Source: Squalus acanthias
Taxonomy: Eukaryota
Direction: 5' to 3'
DNA: 64,000 nucleotides
NCBI GenBank assembly: GCA_030390025.1
Contig: CM059432.1
Location: 99,078,001 to 99,142,000, forward strand
The notes beneath the pieces were generated by a model. It worked only from the letters and a program-made list of their open reading frames with translations. It did no database searches and was not told the origin of the DNA. Position 1 is the stretch's first letter. Each line of letters opens with the position of its first letter. The position numbers were made by a program, and so were the translations under genes. Of the stretch, positions 37,130 through 47,870 are shown in pieces.

Positions 37130-37243
37130 ATTACATTACAACAGTGACTACACTTCAAAAATACTTCAATGGCTGTAAAGCGCTTTGGAACGTCCTGAGG
37201 TCATGAAAGGCGCTATATAAATGCAAGTCTTTCTTTCTTTTCT
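37130..37243 (+). mobile_element. Deu-SINE 3' fragment
   Basis: acattacaacagtgactacacttcaaaa...aaaggcgctatataaatgcaagtc. Confidence 0.8.
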
Positions 37244-37496
37244 TCAACAACAGGAAGAACCTGAATTGACTGTGCGTGCACAGTCTTAGCTGAGACTATT
37301 CCACTTGTCTCAATATACAGGGGAGACTACTGATGTTTATGCCATAAACATCAGTAGCCTCCCCTGTATATTGATTGGACAAATCAACTGGTGGACCCTT
37401 GAAATCTTCTCGAGCTCCCACCCCCGGTTGAGAAGCCCTGACGTATGGTAATAAAAGCTGAGTTGATTGGTTTAAGCAAACAAAAGATGAACAGTA

Positions 37497-37955
37497 AATA
37501 CTAGAAATACTCAGCAGGTCAGGCAGCATCTGTGGAGAGAGAAACAGAGTTAACGTTTCAGGTCGATGACCCTTCGTCAGAACTGGAAAAAGTTAGAGAT
37601 GGAACAGGTTTTTAAGCAAGTGCAAGGGCAGGGAAAGGGGGAAGGGGAGGAAAGAACAAAAGGGAAGGTCTGTGATAGGATGGAAGGCAGGAGAGATTAA
37701 GAGACAAAAGGGATGATGGTGCAAGGCAAAAGCAGATGGTAATGGGACAAGTTAAGAAACAAAAGATGACTCTAAACCCTATACTTGCTTAAAAACCTGT
37801 TACATCTCCAACTTTTTCCAGTTCTGATGAAGGGTCATCGAGCTGAAATGTTAACTCTGTTTCTCTCTCCACAGATGCTGCCTGACCTGCTGAGTATTTC
37901 CAGCATTTTCTGTTTTTATTTCAGATTTCCAGCATCCGCAGTATTTTGCTTTTGT
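37497..37955. mobile_element. Inverted-arm Penelope-like family-2 insertion with hammerhead motifs on both strands
   Basis: Arms 37497-37621 and 37783-37907; tail 37908-37955. 15-bp TSD aaaagatgaacagta. HHR motifs at 37548-37584 (-) and 37820-37856 (+). Confidence 0.85.
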
Positions 37956-38184
37956 AAAAGATGAACAGTACCAGTTTGAATTTCCCAATGGGGTATTAGT
38001 AGCAATGAAATAATTAATTGGTTTTACTGCTCAGAAGTCCATGATTATAATTGTACTTTCCGATTCCGTTTTTATTTACAAGAATAAAATAAAGTGTGTG
38101 TTGCTTTGGCAAAGCAATCATGTTAGCCCTAAATAGATACTTTTAACATCTTACTATTTTGAAAAACACTTAAAAAAACACATT

Positions 38185-38947
38185 GGGCCAGAAATTCGGC
38201 TGTTGTCGGGTGAGTACGCGCTGTGTACTCACCCGTAAGGCCTCCTGAAGTGCCGGTTTCCTGCATGCACGGCGCATGTGCGGGAAACTGGAACTTCTGG
38301 TCTCGTGATGGGAGGGGTTGAGAGGTGAACCACGTACGCGGGAGAGGCTGTGCGCATGCAGCGAACTTAGGTTTTTTTTCAGGTTTCTCCGGGAGGGTAA
38401 GTATGGAAGAATCTGCGCTTTTAAAAAGGAGGCGCAAGACCCGTTTTTAACAAGGTAAGTGGTTAATTAATTACAATTTAAAAAAATTTCAACAGGTTTA
38501 TCTTTTTTAGATACTTTAAAGAAAGGTAAGTTTATTTTTAGCACTGTTAAAAAGTATTTTAATTTTTCAAAAATTAAAATTTTTGTTTAAAGTAGTTAAT
38601 TTATTTAACTTATAGTTATTTTAAAAATGTGATGGTTTTTAAAAAAATTATTTGAAGTTTAGGTGTTGTTTTGGGGCCGATTTCAATTCATAGATTTGAC
38701 AGGTCTTCCTGTCAAATCTATGAATGAAAGATGGTCTGCTGGCATTGGCTCTCCATGGCCCACGTGATCCCAGGGGACGCATCGCACTAACTACGCCCCT
38801 GTGATACACAAGCACTGCGCGCCGGCAGCTGCAGCAGGCCCAGGAGCTGAAGTCCCCGTGGGCCCAGAGGTCAACGGCAGGCGCGGTAGGTAGGTGCGCG
38901 CGCGATCCTTGCACCCGCGGGAAGCCAGGGAGCCGAATTTCTGGGCC
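38185..38947 (-). mobile_element. Harbinger-type MITE (family B)
   Basis: Full-length reverse-complement match to 17833-18594, with TIRs. Flanks ATT/AAT. Confidence 0.88.
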
Positions 38948-39113
38948 AATGAAATGATCAATTCAGAAAATAAATAGAGAACATTTGTTCCCAATAACAG
39001 GACAAATAGTTTTTATTTAATCAAAGATCATATCTATAATAGAAAATTAAACACAGGCGTTTTAGATTCACTCTGAAGTTTTGAGTGTTCTATATAGGAG
39101 GGAAAAAGATTTA

Positions 39114-39992
39114 GGGGGAGAAATTCAGTATCGCCCCATTTGGGGCGCAATTATCGGCCGGGCGCAAAGATTAGCGCCTGGTGCTAATTATCGCCACTGA
39201 CTGCAAACTTGACTTTTATCGCCCCTGGAGGTGATTGGAGCGCTAAATCAGGCGCTTCACACCTGTCTTAAGGCGCAAAGGCCGAGTAGCGAGGCGCTAC
39301 CACAGAGCGCTGGCGAAGCTCATGTGATGTCAGTCAGCAATGGAACATACACACAATGGCACGGGCCAGTTCTTAAAGGGGAGGGTTGATCTTGCTTTCC
39401 ATCCACATCCTGCTGATTGCAGCCTTGAATCTCAGCCTGGAGAGACCTGCACATCAAATCTGCTGGAAAGAACAATGGATAGCTCAGAGTGCAGCCCCCA
39501 CAGTCTCTTCTAAATCGATACAAGGAAGGGCAAATCAAAATGAACCTGCAAAGTGCTGCTCAGTACCCAAAACTCCTTCACACAGCGTTGAATCTCTCCA
39601 GAAGTCTCTCTCTCTCTCTCTCAGAATGCGTGGTTCAAAAATGTCACCAACAATAAAAGGCAGGAAGCGGTCGCCTTTAAATAGCACTCCCCCAGTCCCT
39701 TCCTGACTGCAAAACGCTCCCCTCAACCTGTCATTGCTAGCGGCAGGCGGTAAGGCAGGGGGCGCCACTCAATATCCGCTCTGGGGCGATACCGGGGCGT
39801 TGCGCACTCGACTGACGTCACGATATGCCGGCGCAGGAGATCGTGGCGGTAGTGTTTAGCACTGCCACAAAATGTCTGGTTAATTTCACGAGCGGCGCAA
39901 ACATCGCCGCGCCTGGGCGCTAGATGCTTTGCGCCCCATTAGCACCCTCTTAAGGCGCGAACGGGAGGCGCAACCAACTGAATTTTTCCCCC
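39114..39992. mobile_element. Harbinger MITE (family D), 879 bp
   Basis: TIR gggggagaaattcag / ctgaatttttccccc (14/15) with TSD TTA. Confidence 0.9.
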
Positions 39993-40024
39993 TTAATTTA
40001 TATAGGCCCTGAATTTGAGGTCAG

Positions 40025-40432
40025 GTTCACTAGAGTTTAGAAGGATGAGAGGGGATCTCATTGAAATGTATAAAATTCTGACAGGGTTAGACAGACTGGA
40101 TGCAGGGAGGATGTTTCTAGAACGAGGGGTCACAGTCTCAGGATACGGGGTAGGACATTTAGAACTGAGATGGGGAGAAATTTCTTCACTCAGAAGGTGG
40201 TGAACCTGTGGAATTCTCTACCACAAAAGGCTGTGGAGGCCAAGTCACTGAATATATTTAAGAAGGAGATAGATAGATTTCTAGACACAAAAGGCATCAA
40301 GGGGTATGGGGAGAGAGTGGGAATATGGTATTGAGATAGAGGATCAGCCATGATCATATTGAATGGCGGAGCAGGCTCGAAGGGCCGAATAGCCTACTCC
40401 TGCTCCTATTTTTCTATGTTTCAATGTTTCTA
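40025..40432 (+). mobile_element. CR1 3' end
   Basis: 'SLEFRRMRGDLIE.YKILTGLDR', followed by the 3' UTR and tttctatg repeats. Confidence 0.9.
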
Positions 40433-40664
40433 TGTGAAGTGACGGCGTTCGCTGCTGGCCCAGAAGTACACTCCGCACAGGGATCTCGCAATCCCTGTGT
40501 CGAGAACTTCGGGTTTTCCGACCTTGAATTCAATTCAACAGAACTTAATGGGGATCCCCTTGTGCGAAGTGCTGTGACGTCAACAGGCTGTCTAAGCACC
40601 CAATCAAAAGGCAGATTTCTCTCAGACAGTGAACAAGGAAGTGGGTAAGCCCTTAAAATTCTAA

Positions 40665-41433
40665 GGGGGAGAAATTCCCTCCTTTGTGCCTCTCCTGGGG
40701 GGCGCTAACGGGGCGCAAAGGCCTTTTCGCCCGGCCGCGGCACTAACTGCGCCTCTTGCCAAATTCCACGGGAGGGTAGCGGCGGCACAACCGCGTTGCG
40801 CCCCGATCTCATGCGCCCAGAGATCATGGCGACATCTCCGGGCGCATCGCACCGGTAGCGCCCTGGCAGAAAAATTCCCCTTCGCCCCCTGCAGCAGCGC
40901 CAGGCGATGGCAGCGACTGCTGCAGGGTCACGATCAAGGCGGCCGTCCGCTAGCGGGGCAGAAGTTAAAGGTGAGTTGGCCTGCCAGCCTGAAAAAAATG
41001 CTGACTCTTTTGAAAAAAAATTTTTCGCTCTGGACGCGGGGTCCGTGCTGTAATCAGTCAGCCCTGCACTCTGCTTCTGTGTCGAGCTGATCGTGCGGCT
41101 CCCCCGCTCCCCGGTGCTGCAGGTAAGTTAAAAAAATACTGCAGAATTTGCAGTGTGGGGTCCTTCGCTATAATTCAGGGAAGAGTCCCTGCAACACATC
41201 AGCGCCACGCGGCCCAGTGCGTGGCGCTGCAGAGCCGTGCGCCCCGGGTCGCGAACTTCCTCCCCTCTTGCGTTCCGAGAAGGAAGTGGAGCGCTTGATT
41301 CAGTGCTCCATTTCCCTCTGGGAGCAAAAAGTGGGAACTTTAGAAAGGCTGGAAGAGGTTAGCGCCTGGCGCTAACTTTTCCAGCTTTTCTGATATAGCG
41401 CCCCAAAAGGGGCTCGAGGGGAATTTCTAGCCC
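40665..41433. mobile_element. Harbinger MITE (family D-related), nested
   Basis: TIR gggggagaaattccc / gggaatttctagccc with TSD TAA. Confidence 0.87.
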
Positions 41434-41935
41434 TAACTTTTTAAAATAGTTAGAGACAGCAAAAGAACGATTGGGGTTCTCACGTGGACAAAAGGAAAAC
41501 CTAAGATAAAGATACACAAACTTAAAAAAAATATATTTTGAAAAGTTTCATAAAAATTATAATTTTTATTAAAATGAACAAATTTGACACTGCACAAAAT
41601 TAAAATTAGTTTTCCAGGCCCTTAACATTTGGTTAGCAGTCAATACACTGTGAAAACCCCAGTTACACCTAATCCTTTACACTAACTTTTAGTGAGGAAT
41701 TTAACAGTGTAATTACTGTGGAAAAGCTGAAGTTTTCGTCAGTTGCAATGATTTATGAGATTTCACTGATTGCCGGCTCTGGGTGGGGGCACAGAACAGC
41801 CAGGTTCAGAGCTGTCATTGGCTGATTGAAACTTCGTGAATACGTCAAATCCCGAAGTTGCGGTCAGTTACAAAGACGGTATGACGGCGTACTCTCAGAG
41901 TACGTCGCTATACCAACTGCAAATTCAGGGCCATA

Positions 41936-42260
41936 GTTTCAAAGCACTTCATGTACAATGAATTACTTTGAAGTGCACTGTCCACTGTTATGTAGAAATC
42001 ATTAGTACAAAGTAAAATCGAACAATTAGCAATGAGATGAACAGTAGTGGTGCTGATTGAGGGAGGAATGTTGGTCTGGATACTGTGCAAACTCCCTTCT
42101 CTGCTTCAATTAGTGCCATTTAATGTCAACAGAACACGCAAACAGGCTTAGTTTAACATCTCATCCAAAGGATGGCATCTCAGTGCTGCACCAGAATCTC
42201 AGTCTAGATTAAATGCTCAGGTCCTGATGTGGGGCTAGAACCCACAACCCTCTGACACTG
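41936..42260 (-). mobile_element. Degraded Deu-SINE
   Basis: Remnants such as gtttaacatctcatccaaag and gtggggctagaacccacaacc. Confidence 0.6.
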
Positions 42261-43594
42261 AAAAGCTGGCAATAGGAAATGTCGATTCTTTAGGCATTAC
42301 ACGTATCTGAATTGAGATCATGTGGGTATTTTCCGCTTTTGCATTCACTTTACAGGGCAGAAAATCACAGGCTGGTGAGCGCTGAAGCAAAAAACACTGG
42401 CATTTGTCATCAAATTAATTTTAACATTCTAGTCACTGATGTAAAGGATCACAGTTAATTTTAAAAATAATGAGCCTGAAATCTCTCAGATGTTCCACCA
42501 GCCTCCCACTGTAACTCTGAGGAACATCCAGGGAAATAGTTGTCCCAGATATCTGCCATTTCCAGGAGATTCCTGGTTGTCATGTAAGGAGTGGATGCTC
42601 CTTCCACCCTTTACAATGCAAACGATGGCTTGGGGCAGATCCAGGGCAGAGATTCCCCATACCATGTTTATTAGTGGAAGCCAATGTGCTGAGTCAATGC
42701 AATCGTGCTCAATGTGGCTGAAACACCTGCCGGTACATCACACATTCTCTGCTGCTGCTCCAGAAGTATCCTGTTCATCGATGACCCCCGAGGTACAGCA
42801 ACTGTGTCCAGCTGAGCAGAGCTTGGAAAGCCCTGAAACCTATGACGCGGACTCCACCATCTGCTCTTGCTCACTTGAGAAGTGTGAGTCACCATGTGAA
42901 AACCCAACTATCTCTTAAACTTGTCACACTGATGTGTGAATATCTGAGCTGGTGCATGGTCTGCAGAAGTCCTGTGACGGTGCACCCTCAGAAGGAGTGA
43001 GCTCTTTTGAGGAGTCGTCGTCATCATGGGAGACCTGGACCACCTCCTGCTGGATGCAGGAAGGCCCTGTGGGAGATAAAATACATGAATAAATACTGTC
43101 ATGGTAAGAATGTTGGAAGCTATCATTATGAACGTGATCATATTTCACTCGCTGTTGACATCAAGTCAACATGACTGTTGTACACCATGTGGCTGGCTGA
43201 TATTTAATTCTGTCACCAGGGAGCTGACAGGACCCCATCTCTGATGGCCAGGTATGCCAAGACGTGGCTGACTCCTCTGCAGATGTCAATTTGAGAGATG
43301 GCTGGTGGGCTACGCCTGGTTCTCTGCCTCTCCCTGGTGTTCGCTGCTCTCTTCTGCAAGGAGGGAAAGAAGAGACCTATGAGTGAGAGTAATGGCATGT
43401 GTTCAGCCGATGGATGGAGAGCATTTGTTTAGGGTGACTATAGGGGATAGGCATGACATTGCATTAGGATGTGTAAGAGAGCCACCTGGTGGACTACTGA
43501 TGTATATAATAATAAAGCCATATGCAGTACACTTCTTACCGGAAGCCATGTTGTGCTGTTGTATATATATGCTGTGCCCAAGATATCACAGAAT

Positions 43595-43613
43595 TGGCGA
43601 TGAGGATGCGATT
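43595..43613 (+). promoter_or_regulatory. Primer-binding site, probably tRNA-Ser(GCT)
   Basis: tggcgatgaggatgcgatt versus TGGCGACGAGGATGGGATT, the expected complement of the vertebrate tRNA-Ser(GCT) 3' end as recalled (2 mismatches). Confidence 0.7.
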
Positions 43614-43763
43614 GCGGATTTCCTAGCTGAAATTTTTGTTGGAGGATAATCCTGCCAACTAACGGAGGGACTGTTAGAGGTTCTTCGCTTTGCAGAAAAA
43701 CTTAAGAATCCAAGGTAAATTTCAAGCACACAAGGCTGAACTGTTGACATTGTCAGAGTCCAG

Positions 43764-46700
43764 GTGGTCGCACCTATGGGAATAATAGGGTGCTTGGGTG
43801 AGTTCCATCATGACCGAGAGACTTTTGGAGCATATGTGGAGCGGCTAGAAATGTTTTTCACCGTGAATAGTATCGTCGAAGTCCCCGATGATGTAAACCG
43901 TAACTGGCCAGTTTTGGAAATGAAAGGGGCTTTTTTTTTGACTGAAGCAGGCCCTGAGGTGTATGAAACCCTCAAAAATGTATTTGTTCGCGCTAAGCCA
44001 AAGGACACACCACTGAAGGAGATCCTAACCAAGTTAAAAAAGCACTACAGTCCTGAGCCCCTGGAAATTGCTGAAAGTTATCGTTTTGGAATACGCGATC
44101 AATTAAGTGACGAGGGTATCAGTGAATACATTGTAGCTTTAAAAAAGCTATCCATTCACTGTCATTTCGGAAACTTTCAGGACCGAGCTTTGTGTGACCA
44201 CTTTGTTTGTGGGTGGAAAAATGAATGTATCAGAAGTAAATTGTTGACAACCCCTAACTTGACTTTTGACTTAGCTTGTCAGACAGATGGTTATGGCCAA
44301 CCGATACTCCCGAGAGTTCCGCGCCATTTCCAGTTGTCAGACAATTGAGGTGAATCGGCTGCAGGCTAAGAGTAAAAGGCAGTTGGGCCTCAAGACCTCA
44401 GCAACTGGCTAAGGTAACAGTACATTGAAGTCGTGCTATCGGTGCCTGGGACAACACATCGCTCAAAGCTGTCCATATATGAAGGCAGAGTGTTACAACT
44501 GCAAGAAAACTGGGCATCTTGTGAAGGCGTGCCGACAGAAGAGTAAACTGACTAGCAATGCTAGAAGTAGAATTGCCAGACACTACATACCGTTGAAGAG
44601 AAGCAGCAGGACGAGGAGTTTCTGGAGAGTCATGTCATCAGGAACTCAGCGATTCGTGAGTTATTGTCATCCAAGTAGATGTCGCAGGAACCAGGAAATC
44701 CATGGAAATCGACACTGGTGCATCCGTGAGCGTATTACCAGAATCACTATATCGCGACAAGTTGCGTGATTATCGACTACAGAAATCAAAGGTAGGGCTG
44801 CGAGGCTACTCAGGAGAGCAAATCCCTGGAGTAGGAAGGGTCACCATACCAGTGAAATGCAAGGATTAGTGTCAGAGCTTGTCTCTCATAGTAGTGGCAG
44901 GAGATAAGCCTGCCATGATAGATAGAAATTGATTGGGATCACTGAAGCTGGATTGGAATTAGATTTTTCGTGTGGAAGCGAATTTTGCATTGAAAGATGA
45001 TGTCATCAATCAGTATCCGAAGGTGTTCAGCAAAACGAGCAGTCCGATCCAAGACTTCAAGGCGAGTGTCAAAGTGCAGAAGGACGCAAGACCAGTTTAC
45101 TGCAAGCCATGTCCCGTACCATATGCACTCAAGGAGAAATTTGAGCAAGAACTCAAAAGTCTGGAAACTGAGAACATTTTCTCTAAGGTAGATCTGAGTA
45201 ATTGGGCTACACCCATTGTTGTTGTACCTAAGTCAGATGGTAAGGTGAGGTTGTGTAGTGATTACAAGGTAACCGTAAATCAGGTTCTAGAGTGTAATCT
45301 ACCCAATACGTTGCCAAATGTGGAAGATTTGTTCACAACACTGAGAGGTGGCCAGATCTTTTCGAAGTGAGATCTAACAAACACCTACCTACAACTTGAG
45401 TTAGATGAAGAGTCCAAGTCATGCTTGACTATGAATACTCATCTAGGCCTATATCAGTTCCATAGGCTACCATTTGGAGTGTCTTCTGCCCCTGACATAT
45501 TCCAGGGGGTGATGAACCAAATTTTGCAAGGGATTGAAGGGGTCGTGTGTTATTTGGATGACATACTCATTTCAACACCAAACAGGCAAATCCATGATGA
45601 GGTGTTGAATGAAGTGCTCAAACTGCTAGAGAAGAACGAAGTATGAGTGACAGCTCACAAGTGTGAGTTGTTTCAAATCTCAGTGGAGTACTTAGGGCAC
45701 AGAGTAGACAGAGATGGTTTACATCCAACCAAGGGAAAGCTGGATGCAATCAGAAATGCACCCACTCCCAAGAATGTCTCTGAACTTCGATCATTTTTGG
45801 GTCTTTTGAATTATTGCAGAAAGTTCCTCCCAAACTTGGCTACATTGTTACATCCACTGAATGAGCTGTTGAGAAAACAGGTCCCTTGGAAGTGGTCAAA
45901 AGATTGCAACACAGCATTCAAATAGTGTAAAAGCCAGTTAGTAGAGACTACCATGTTAAATCACTATGATGTATCTAAGGAGATCAAGCTAGCATGTGAC
46001 GCCTCTCCGTACGGAGTTGGGGCAGTGATCTCTCATGTACTAGAGAGTGGGGAGGAGAGACCAATTGCTTTTGCTTCACACACTCTCAGTGCCAGTGAGC
46101 GGAATTATGCGCAGATCGAAAGGGAAGTTTTGTCATTGATATTTGGGGTCAAGAAGTTTCACAAATACTTGTTTGGTCGTAAGTTTACCATAGTTACTGA
46201 CCATAAGCCCCTGACAGCAATCCTCCATCCAAAGTCTTCAGTTCCAACCTTAGCTGCAGCCCGAATGCAGAGATGGGCTTTGATTTTGTCAGCGTATATG
46301 TATGACATTGAGTACAGATGATCAGCTGATCACAGCAATGCTGATGCTATGTCCAGGTTGCCATCCCCATCACAAGTTACACCCAATGGGGAAGAAGTGT
46401 TCTATTTCTCATACATTGATGAGCTGCCAGTCACAACTGAAGAGATTGGTAGGGCAACCAAACGTGACCCAATTATGTCAAAGGTGTATGATTACATAGC
46501 AAATGGATGGCTAAACCAGGTATCCGAGGAAGATATCCATCCATACTTTGTTCATAAGAATGAATTGTCAGTGGATAAAGATTGTATCATGTGGGAAGCA
46601 AGAGTGGTTATCCCAAACAGCTCTAAATTGTTAGGAGATCTTCATGACCAGTACCTAGGAATGTGCTTGACCAAGAGCTTTGCACGCAGTTACTTATGGT

Positions 46701-47870
46701 GGCCAGGTTTAGATAAAGAGATAGAGTACATAGTCAGTCAGCATACAACATGTCAATCGGTGAACAAGAAGCCACCATCAGTACCACTACAGCCATGGAA
46801 ATGGCCTCCCAGAGTGTGGCAAAGGTTACATGTAGATTTTTTTGAGCTAGAAGGACAGCAATTGTTCATAGTGATAGATAGTCACTCGAAGTGGGTAGAG
46901 GTGTTTCCGATGCGGATAATAACAAGCAAAACAATTTGCGAAGATTGTTTTCTTCATACGGCCTCCCAGAAGAAATTATGTCCGATAATGGGCTGCAATT
47001 TTGTTCAGAAGAGTTCACATAGTTCATGAACAAAATGGTGTGAAACGTACCAAGGTTCCACCGTACCACCCTGTTTCAAATGGTGCAGCAGAGCGCACAG
47101 TACAAATTGTCAAACGTGCCCTGATCAAGCAAATGTTGGATCCAAATCCAAAGAAACATCAGTTGTCATTGGACCACAAACTGGCAAATTTTCTGATTAC
47201 CTATCGGAATACTCTTCATACCACTACTGGTAGGAAACCAGCAGAGTTGTTTCTCAAATGACAGCCACGAACCAGGTTCTCGTTGTTAAAGCCAAACTTG
47301 GCACAGTTCGTAGAAGAGAAACAATCAAAGCAGAAAGAGAGTCATAATAAAGGCAGAGTTAGAGAGAGAAGTGTGACGTTGAACCAGAAGGTTAGAGTGA
47401 AGAACCATCACCATAAATGGTTAAAGTGGTTACCAGGAAGAGTAGTGAAGATATGTGGCCCTCGCACATATTTGGTTAAGATGTTTGATCATGGAAAGGT
47501 TAGGTTTGTTCACATTGATCATATCTTACCTACAGATGTGGAAGGAGTTGAAAGCTGGAATGATTCCATTTATTCTGTTGAGTCAGATAGTCTTGTTGCA
47601 AGTAGAGAACCAGAAGCAAATCCTACATCAGACGTACCAGAAACAAGTCCAAGACAAAGTCAGAATTTAAGTCTGAGCCTGAGTCAGGCAGACAAACAGT
47701 CTGAAAGTGTAAAGAGTCCAAATGTAGATCAAGGTCAGCCCTTGGAGAAAACTTCTCCTCAGGCTCAGCCTAGAATGAGCCAAAGTCCTACAACAAGATC
47801 TGAAAGTTCTGTTCAAGAAAAAAGGTATCCTCTTCAAAACAGAAAACCAGTGGTTAAGTTTAATCTGTAA
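43764..47870 (+). pseudogene. Gypsy gag-pol with multiple stops and frameshifts
   Basis: Two CCHC knuckles (CYRCLGQH...C, CYNCKKTGH...C). Protease 'IDTGAS'. RT 'RLPFGV...YLDD'. RNase H 'CDASPYG...TDHKPL'. Integrase 'LHVDF...SNGAAER'. Confidence 0.93.

Larger units (their letters stand above)
40005..41932. mobile_element. Harbinger MITE containing a CR1 3' fragment and another MITE
   Basis: 13-bp perfect TIR ggccctgaatttg with TSD ATA. Confidence 0.82.

Noticed and set aside
40661..41375. CpG island with ORFs
   Set aside because: Explained by a GC-rich MITE with TIRs and a TSD.
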